Shown: piece by piece, positions 57,243-64,000 of the stretch
Layout of the letters: every line of letters begins with the position of its first letter
Numbering within the stretch: the stretch's first letter is position 1
Source of the DNA: an uncultured Chloroflexia bacterium
GTDB lineage: Bacteria > Chloroflexota > Limnocylindria > Limnocylindrales > CSP1-4
Length of the DNA stretch: 64,000 nucleotides
Assembly: GCA_963712745.1 (NCBI GenBank)
Contig: CAVQJC010000011.1
Span: 337,241-401,240, forward strand
Direction: 5' to 3'
Position numbers and translations under genes: made by a program
Notes under the pieces: generated by a model
Databases searched by the model: none
The model's input: the letters and a program-made list of their open reading frames with translations, nothing else
Told to the model about the DNA's origin: nothing

Positions 57243-58330
57243 ATGAGCAACTGCCTACTCCCCTAAGTGGCGCATCGAGGCCGGCGCTGGCCGAGACCTG
57301 CGCATCGGCCTCATCGGCTGTGGTGGCATCGTCTCCGGCGCCCACCTGCCGGCGTACCAGGCGGCCGGCCTGCAGGTGACGGCCGTCTTCGACGTCGACC
57401 ATGAGAAGGCTCGCCAAGGTCGCCGCTGACTTCGACATCCCGGCGATCGCGTCCTCGGCCGAGGAGCTCGCGCATCGCGCGGATGTGGACATCGTGGACG
57501 TGGCCGTGCTGCCCTGGGTCCAGCCCCAGATCGCGGGCATCGTGGCGGAGGCGGGCAAGCACATGCTCTGCCAGAAACCACTGGCCATGGACTATCCCAC
57601 CGGCGTAGCCATCGTCGAGACGGCTGAGCGCGCGGGGGTGCAGCTGGCGGTGAACCACCAGATGCGTTGGGACGCCGGCATCGCTGCCTCGCGCGATCTC
57701 GTCGCGCAAGGCGCCCTGGGCCGGATCACCGAGGCCCAGATCCAGGTCTCGGTCTCCACGCCCCTGCACATGTGGGCCTGGATCGCCGAGATGCCGCATC
57801 TCGATATCAAGGTCCATAGCACCCACTACCTCGATGCCTTGCGCTCGATCCTGGGTGACCCGGTGTGGGTCACGAGCATCCACGGCCGCTATCCGGAGCA
57901 GGCGCCGGTGGTCGGTGAGACCGTGACCAAGACCGTGCTCGAGTACGCTGACGGCGTCCAGGCGCTGGTGGCCACCAACCACTACAACGAGCACGGCACG
58001 CCCTACGCCGAGTTCCGCATCCTTGGCACCGAGGGCACGTTGCAGGGCACCATCGGCCTGATGTACGACTATCCGAACGGACGGCCGGACACGCTCTCGC
58101 TCTACCGCGAAGGAGCGGAGGTGCAGGCCTTCGAGTTCGACACGATGTGGCTGCCTGATGCCTTCCTCGGCCCGATGAGCGACCTCATGGATGCGATCGC
58201 CAGCGGGCGTGAGCCCACGACAGACGGGCGCAAGATGCTGGCCACGCTGGCCATCGGCGAAGCGGCCTACCGTTCCGCGGAGGAGCGACGCAGCGTTCGC
58301 TTGACCGAGATCACCGGCCTCGTCCCATGA
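57243..58330 (+). CDS. Gfo/Idh/MocA-family oxidoreductase, with frameshifts at ~57249 and ~57412
   Basis: The Rossmann motif RIGLIGCGGI..AHLPAY lies in another frame upstream of the 57401 ORF (CQKPLA, HSTHYLD). Confidence 0.82.
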
Positions 58331-59682
58331 GCGACGGGGTCAGACCGCCCGGCGCCATCTTCTCGATGCTGCACCGGGCCTTCGGTGATACCGAGATGGA
58401 GGCCATCTTCTCGGAGACCGTGACCGTGGAGTCGTGGCTGCAGACAGAGGCGGCGTTGGTCCGCGCCCAGGCTGCGGTGGGCGACATCGACCCGGAGCGG
58501 GCGGAGGCGATCGCCAACGCCTGTCGCCTCGAGAACATCGACCTGCCGGCGCTGTGGGCCGAGATGGCCAACGTGGGCTATCCCATCCTGCCCCTGGTCC
58601 GCCAGCTGACCGACCGCCTCCCCGAATCGGTGCGTGGCTCGCTCCACTACGGCGCCACCACCCAGGACATCATGGATACCGGTCTGAGCATCCAGCTGGC
58701 GCGGGCCATCGCGCGGCTCCTGTCGCTCACGGGCGAGCTCGGCGATGCCCTCGCCCGGCAGGTCGAGGTCCACGCCGACACGGTCATGGCCGGCCGCACG
58801 CACGGGCAGCAAGCCGTGCCCACGACCTTCGGGGCCAAGCTGGCCACGTACCTGCGCCAGTGCACCCGCTTGCGTGCCGATCTGGCCGCCCTTCCGGCGA
58901 GCTGTTGCCTGGTGAGCCTGCATGGGGCCGCGGGCACATCGGCCGGCCTGGGTCCCAAGGCCCACCAGATCAGGGCTGAGGTAGCGCGCCAGCTGGACTT
59001 GCGCACGTCTCCGGGCCCCTGGCACGTCACTCGTGACCCCCTGGCCGCCTTCGCGGCCACCTGTGCCAGGGCCGCGGCCATCTGTGCCCGCCTGGGGCGT
59101 GAGGTCATCGATCTCTCGCGTACCGAGATCGGCGAGGTCAGCGAGACGGCTGGACACCACCGCGGCGCCTCCTCGACGATGCCGCAGAAGGCCAACCCCA
59201 TCGATTCGGAGGCCATCGTGGGCCTCGCCGCGAACGCCGAGGCTGCGGTCGGCAGCATGTACCGCGCCATGGAGGCAGGCCACGAGCGCTCGGCGGGGGA
59301 GTGGCAGATCGAATGGCACGGCCTGCCCCAGGTGGCGGTGCTGTCCGCGGGCTGCCTGGCCATCGCGGTCCGGGTCGTGGCTGGGCTCACCGTCGACCCC
59401 GAGCGCATGGCTGCCAACCTCGACCTGGAGCAGGGCCGCACGCTTGCCGAGGCCTACATGTTCCAGCTGGCGCCCGAGCTCGGCCGCGAGCAGGCCCACG
59501 ACCTCGTCTACCAGGCTGCGCTCGCCTCCAAGGCCGGTCGGGTCGAGCTTCGCGAGGCCCTCGTCCAGATCTCGGCCGATGCGGACAGGATGGCCGAGAT
59601 CAGCCCTGCCGACTACACCGGCGGGGCACGCGATGAGGCCATCAGCGCCGTCGCGGAGTGGGTCGCCGGATCAGGGGCCTGA
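58327..59682 (+). CDS. Fumarase/aspartase-superfamily lyase (adenylosuccinate lyase/PcaB-like)
   Basis: HYGATTQD, GRTHGQQAVP, SSTMPQKANP and HERS. Confidence 0.88.
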   Translation: MSDGVRPPGAIFSMLHRAFGDTEMEAIFSETVTVESWLQTEAALVRAQAAVGDIDPERAEAIANACRLENIDLPALWAEMANVGYPILPLVRQLTDRLPESVRGSLHYGATTQDIMDTGLSIQLARAIARLLSLTGELGDALARQVEVHADTVMAGRTHGQQAVPTTFGAKLATYLRQCTRLRADLAALPASCCLVSLHGAAGTSAGLGPKAHQIRAEVARQLDLRTSPGPWHVTRDPLAAFAATCARAAAICARLGREVIDLSRTEIGEVSETAGHHRGASSTMPQKANPIDSEAIVGLAANAEAAVGSMYRAMEAGHERSAGEWQIEWHGLPQVAVLSAGCLAIAVRVVAGLTVDPERMAANLDLEQGRTLAEAYMFQLAPELGREQAHDLVYQAALASKAGRVELREALVQISADADRMAEISPADYTGGARDEAISAVAEWVAGSGA

Positions 59683-59690
59683 TGCCCAGC

Positions 59691-60455
59691 TCAGCCCATC
59701 CAGCCGCCGCCGCTCACGTTCATGATGGCGCCGGTCACGAAGCTGGCGTGACCCGAGGCCAGGAAGACCGCCGTGGAGGCGACCTCGGAGGGATCGGCCT
59801 GGCGCGCCAGCGGCGTGCTCTCGATATAGGCCTGGGCTGCCGGCGAGAACCCGGCTCGCTGCATCGGCGTGTCGATGAAGCCGGGCGCGATGCTGTTGAC
59901 GCGGATGCCCGACGGGCCGTAGTGGCGGGCCATGGCGTAGGTCAGCGCGATGATGCCACCCTTGGAAGCGCCGTAGGCCGGCGCCGAGCTGACCCCGCCC
60001 ATCGTGGCCGAGATCGAGGTGAAGGTGCAGATGCTGCCCTTGGTCCCGGCCGCCTGCATGTGGTCACCGGCCGCGCGGGCGAGGAAGAAGCTGGCCTTGA
60101 GGTTGGTGTCGAGCTGCCAGTCCCAGTGCTCTTCGGACACCTCGCCGAAGGGTTCCCGCTTGAGCACCCCGGCCGCCAGCACCAGCGCGTGCACGTTGCC
60201 CAGGGCCTCCGCGGCCCCGCTCACGAGACCATCGTGAGCGGGCAGGTCGTTGAGGTCCATGGCCACCGCCTGGTGCGGCCCGCCGGGCAGCGACGCCACC
60301 ACCACATCGACCGTGTTCTGTTTCAGGTCGACGGCACAGACATGGGCGCCGACGTCGGCGAACGCGCGCGCGGTGGCCTCACCGATGCCCTGGGCGGCGC
60401 CCGTCACGATGACGCCTCGTCCCTCCAGCCCCCACCCGGCGCGACTACCGTCCAT
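59691..60455 (-). CDS. Short-chain dehydrogenase/reductase
   Basis: TGAAQGIG, YGASK and RVNSIAPG. Confidence 0.92.
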   Translation of the reverse strand: MDGSRAGWGLEGRGVIVTGAAQGIGEATARAFADVGAHVCAVDLKQNTVDVVVASLPGGPHQAVAMDLNDLPAHDGLVSGAAEALGNVHALVLAAGVLKREPFGEVSEEHWDWQLDTNLKASFFLARAAGDHMQAAGTKGSICTFTSISATMGGVSSAPAYGASKGGIIALTYAMARHYGPSGIRVNSIAPGFIDTPMQRAGFSPAAQAYIESTPLARQADPSEVASTAVFLASGHASFVTGAIMNVSGGGWMG

Positions 60456-60529
60456 GCCTTGTCTCCCATCACGCGCGTGAGCCCCAGCGGCTCGCTCGCG
60501 GCAAGCCTACCCGCCCCGAGGAGAGCCCG

Positions 60530-61525
60530 ATGACCGCACCCAGCATCCGCCCTCACGGCTGGCCGGCCAGCCCCATCGCCTACAACGAGGTCCTCGGCCG
60601 GTCGCTCCGCCAGGACGGCCTCGAGACCCTCGGGGTGAGCACCCAAACCTGGGCGGAGGTCGCGATCGAGGAAGGTCGCTGGGAGCTGGCCCTGGAGCTG
60701 GCCGAGTACTTCGCCCACGAGATCTCGATCATGAACCAGGTCCTCTTCACCTGGTTGACCGACATCCTCGACTACCGCCTGGGCAGGGCCGGGGCGACCG
60801 AGGCGGAGATGGGCGACAAGTTGTTGCGCGGCTACCGCCGGTTCGAGCCCGGCGCGGGGGACCTCGCGAGTGCCCGCGCCGGGCTCGAGTCCCACGATGC
60901 CGAAGCCGCGCTCGTCGCCATCGAGCTCATGCGCGTGCGCTGGGCTGCCCAGCACGATGGGCTGGTGGTGTGGATCCAGGAGGTCCAGGCCGAGATCGCC
61001 GAGCGGTTCGGGGAAGATGCCATCCGTGAGTCCGTGACGCTGGCTTACGAGCACATCTGGAAGCCGCGCTACGCCCTGTGGGGCGCGATGAGCCCGGAGC
61101 TGCGGCTGCAGCTGAGCGTGGAGGGCATGCGCGGCGGCCATCTCTCCGGACCGCGCCACCGCGGCGACGTGGGCGTGAGCGACGAAGGCGACCGCTACGT
61201 CATGTCGCTCGATCCCTGCGGCAGCTGCGGCGTACTGCGCCGCGGCGACCCTGACAGCGGCCGTCCACCTCACCCGTCAGCCACCAACGGGGAGTCGCAT
61301 CCGTGGACCCAGATGCGCACCGGCATGAGCTGGTACAGCATCCACTCGATGATCGCGCTCGAGTACATCCAGATGTCGGAGGGCGGGCCACCGCTGCGTC
61401 CGGTCGAGGACTGCGACCTGCCCGACCGACCCTGCCGCTGGTTCATCTACAAGGACACCAGCAAGCCACGCCGCATCCACTACGAGCGCCAGGGCTTCCC
61501 GCCGCCGGTCGACGCCCCCGCCTGA
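60530..61525 (+). CDS. Conserved-looking hypothetical protein with DPCGSCG motif
   Basis: GC3-biased 331-aa ORF with SD GAGGAG; Cys/His cluster DPCGSCG, IHS and PCRW. Confidence 0.7.
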   Translation: MTAPSIRPHGWPASPIAYNEVLGRSLRQDGLETLGVSTQTWAEVAIEEGRWELALELAEYFAHEISIMNQVLFTWLTDILDYRLGRAGATEAEMGDKLLRGYRRFEPGAGDLASARAGLESHDAEAALVAIELMRVRWAAQHDGLVVWIQEVQAEIAERFGEDAIRESVTLAYEHIWKPRYALWGAMSPELRLQLSVEGMRGGHLSGPRHRGDVGVSDEGDRYVMSLDPCGSCGVLRRGDPDSGRPPHPSATNGESHPWTQMRTGMSWYSIHSMIALEYIQMSEGGPPLRPVEDCDLPDRPCRWFIYKDTSKPRRIHYERQGFPPPVDAPA

Positions 61526-61564
61526 GCGATCTACCCACCTCTCCCGACGATCACGGAGGTCATC

Positions 61565-62599
61565 ATGTCTCGTCTCCAGAATCTGCCCGTCCTGCCTATC
61601 CAGGCGCTCGGCAGCGCCGCCGCACCGCCATGGGTCTGGCTCATCCGTGACGCGGTCGCGGAGGACAAGCTGGGCCCATCGGACATCGAGGAGTCGGTGC
61701 GCGACGCCGCTCGCGTCGCTCTTCTCGACCAGCTTGAGGCGGGCTACGACGTCGTCTCCGACGGGGAGATGCTGCGCGCCGACTTCACGCGCAACTTCCA
61801 CGGCCACATCGTGGGCCTGGAGCCGGTCGAGTTCGAGCGTCGGCTGGGTTACCCGGGGCCTGACCAGCTGGACGCCTTCCGCGCGGTCTCGTCAGTCTCG
61901 GCCCCCGAGGGCTACGGGCTGGTCGAGGAGACGCGTCAGATGCTGGCGCTGACCGAGCGGCCGTTCGTGACGCCGCTGCAGGGTCCGGTCACGCAGGCCT
62001 TCCGTATCGACCCGGGCGATGCCTACGAGCACAAGGGCGAGATCGCCTGGGCCCTGGTGCCGGACATCAATCGCGAGCTCAAGGCCGCCGTGGCCGCGGG
62101 TGCTCACCTCATCCAGGTCGACGAGCCGGCCTTCTGGATCATGCCCGGCGGTTTGGCGGAGATGGTGGAGATCGCCAACGCCTGCATCGAGGGCGTGGAG
62201 GCCATGACGTCGCTGCACCTCTGCTTCGGGAACTTCCGCGGCCGCCCGGCCACCGCCTATCGCTCATACGCGGCCTTCGCGCCGCACTTCCGCGAGCTCG
62301 CCTATGACGCGCTCAGCCTGGAGTTCGCCAATCGCTCCATGTGGCAGACCGAGCTGTGGGCCGAGCACGGTGGCGACAAGACGCTGGTGGCAGGCGTTAT
62401 CGACGTCAAGGGCCGCGATGCGGAGACCCCGGAGATCGTCCTCGAGCGCATCCGGACCCTGCTCCACTCGGTCGCGCCCGAGAACCTTTGGCTCTCCGCG
62501 GACTGCGGCTACAGCCAGACGGCCCGGCCGCTGGCGGTGGAGAAGATGCGCGTCCTCGTAGCCGGCGTCGAGAACCTACGCGCCGAGTTCGACGGCTAG
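61565..62599 (+). CDS. Core (single-barrel) cobalamin-independent methionine synthase-like Zn enzyme
   Basis: SDGE, IQVDEP, HLCFGN, LEFA, GVIDVK and ADCG. No N-terminal folate-binding barrel. Confidence 0.85.
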   Translation: MSRLQNLPVLPIQALGSAAAPPWVWLIRDAVAEDKLGPSDIEESVRDAARVALLDQLEAGYDVVSDGEMLRADFTRNFHGHIVGLEPVEFERRLGYPGPDQLDAFRAVSSVSAPEGYGLVEETRQMLALTERPFVTPLQGPVTQAFRIDPGDAYEHKGEIAWALVPDINRELKAAVAAGAHLIQVDEPAFWIMPGGLAEMVEIANACIEGVEAMTSLHLCFGNFRGRPATAYRSYAAFAPHFRELAYDALSLEFANRSMWQTELWAEHGGDKTLVAGVIDVKGRDAETPEIVLERIRTLLHSVAPENLWLSADCGYSQTARPLAVEKMRVLVAGVENLRAEFDG

Positions 62600-63897
62600 G
62601 TGGCGTGATCCAGCGCCACCTCCATGGCGATCTCCGACCACTCCCAGAGTCGCTGAGGCTGGTACCGGACCGTGGAGATGTCCTTCATGATGAGCTCTCG
62701 GTGACAGCCCTCCGAGGCATCGAGGAACTCGACGAGCTGTGCTCGGGCCGACTCCGGGTTCCAGCTGTCGCGAGCGAAGACGTTGGGGTTGGGCTTGCGT
62801 GAGAGGACATAGTCGGAGCCGACCTGCTCGACCATGTGATCGGTATCGGCCCAGGGGGTCGTGGAAATCTTGCGAAGGTTGGGGATGCGCTTGATGACGT
62901 CGATCGACTGGTCCAGTGGCTCGCAGCATCCGTAGTAGGTCAGGCCGTAGCGGGTGAGCCACTTCAGGTCGTGCTCGACCGCGAAATCCCAGCGCATCTG
63001 CGGCGAGACCTCGCTGAAGATCTGGGCGTTGGAGCAGCCCCACATATTCCTGGGCCGGACCCAATCGGGGTCGTAGTCGTCACCCGGGAGGGCTTCGGTG
63101 TAGCCGTAGCCACCCGAGCCGATGCGGGTGTTGTTGTTGTCTAGCGCGAGCAGGTTCATCTCCTCGAACTGATCCAGCTCGACCATCCAGGCATCGACCA
63201 TGCGCTCCACGCCGGCATGGACGAGGTCGGGGCGCTGGACCAGGTCCATCATCGCTTCCTGCACGCCCCACCAGCGGATGAGGTAGTCCCAGGGCGTGAA
63301 CCAGATGTGCGTCTGGCCCTGCTTCTCCACGGGCAGGATGCCGTCGTAGACCTCGCACATGGCCTGGTAGCGGAACTCGGTCGCGGCCTCGTTGTGCGTG
63401 ACCTTGGGCATCTTGATCTTCTCGAGATCGTCGAAGTCGCGGATCTGGATGTGAAACTCGCGCGAGACGATGTCGTTGGCATCGTCGGTCTTGGCCACCT
63501 CGACATCCTCGATGATGCCGAAGTCCGTGCTGTGGATGGCCAGCGGGCAGGCCAGGAAGTCGTTCAGGATCATGTCGGCGGGCAGGTGTCGCCACTGATA
63601 GAGCGTGCGTCGAAGGTCCCGCTCCTGGTCTTGGGCCCACGGGTCCGTGGTCCGCAGCGTCAGCTCATCGTCGACGTTCATCTCATGCCAGGGGATCTCG
63701 TTGATCCACACCATCGGCCGCACCGAGTCGAGGTCGTTGAGACGCTGCCACAGTCGCGCCTTCTCCGCATGGACCGGCAGAGACGTGTACTCAACCAGCT
63801 CCGAGGCCAGTCCTCGCAGGATCTCGGTGTCAGACGCGCTCAACTCGATCTCGTGCGCGATCGGCGGCGGCTCGTAGTGGCTGGGATCGTGAAGCAT
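62596..63897 (-). CDS. Divergent UroD/MetE-superfamily TIM-barrel protein
   Basis: AMMDLVQRPDLVH, FSEVSP, YYGCCEPL, PNLRKIS and SRKPNP. Confidence 0.65.
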   Translation of the reverse strand: MLHDPSHYEPPPIAHEIELSASDTEILRGLASELVEYTSLPVHAEKARLWQRLNDLDSVRPMVWINEIPWHEMNVDDELTLRTTDPWAQDQERDLRRTLYQWRHLPADMILNDFLACPLAIHSTDFGIIEDVEVAKTDDANDIVSREFHIQIRDFDDLEKIKMPKVTHNEAATEFRYQAMCEVYDGILPVEKQGQTHIWFTPWDYLIRWWGVQEAMMDLVQRPDLVHAGVERMVDAWMVELDQFEEMNLLALDNNNTRIGSGGYGYTEALPGDDYDPDWVRPRNMWGCSNAQIFSEVSPQMRWDFAVEHDLKWLTRYGLTYYGCCEPLDQSIDVIKRIPNLRKISTTPWADTDHMVEQVGSDYVLSRKPNPNVFARDSWNPESARAQLVEFLDASEGCHRELIMKDISTVRYQPQRLWEWSEIAMEVALDHAT

Positions 63898-64000
63898 GAG
63901 CTACCTCGGCTGCGTTGCCCCGGCCGACCTGCAAGAAGGGCGCTGCGAGCCGGCACCTGTGACCGATATGCACGCTAGGTATACTCTGTCGGCGGCTCGC

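Noticed and set aside
1-64000. CRISPR array, tRNA or rRNA
   Set aside because: No regularly spaced repeats or recognisable structural RNA genes; nearly all the sequence is protein-coding.

Overview
Visibly high-GC bacterial DNA with no rRNA, tRNA, CRISPR or integrase seen. The taxon cannot be fixed; the gene set fits an anaerobic Chloroflexota or Actinomycetota. There are four blocks. (1) 1-7312: two tandem STAND/AAA-TPR genes, at least one with a degenerate class III cyclase domain, coupled to a nitrilase-fold gene. (2) 8.8-38.7 kb: an acetogen-type module with fhs, a trimeric NAD-linked formate dehydrogenase, an A/V-type ATP synthase with an apparent A-B subunit fusion, and cooC-cooS-acsB-acsC-acsV-acsF-DUF3786-acsD-acsE-metF/V. 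This block lies between two apparently identical 1.7-kb direct copies of fhs. (3) 38.7-59.7 kb: a LacI-controlled locus joining a second methyl branch (metF/V, pterin-binding methyltransferase, folD, fhs), UroD-family methyltransferases and a corrinoid protein to a sugar ABC transporter and sugar catabolic enzymes. Four copies of the palindrome GTCAACCGGTTGAC, each overlapping a -35 box, tie these genes together. This is the best candidate novel system: cobalamin-dependent demethylation of a methylated sugar or cyclitol feeding the Wood-Ljungdahl pathway. (4) 59.7-64 kb: an SDR, a hypothetical plus core-MetE pair and another UroD-like gene. About nine single-base frameshifts are probably consensus artefacts.
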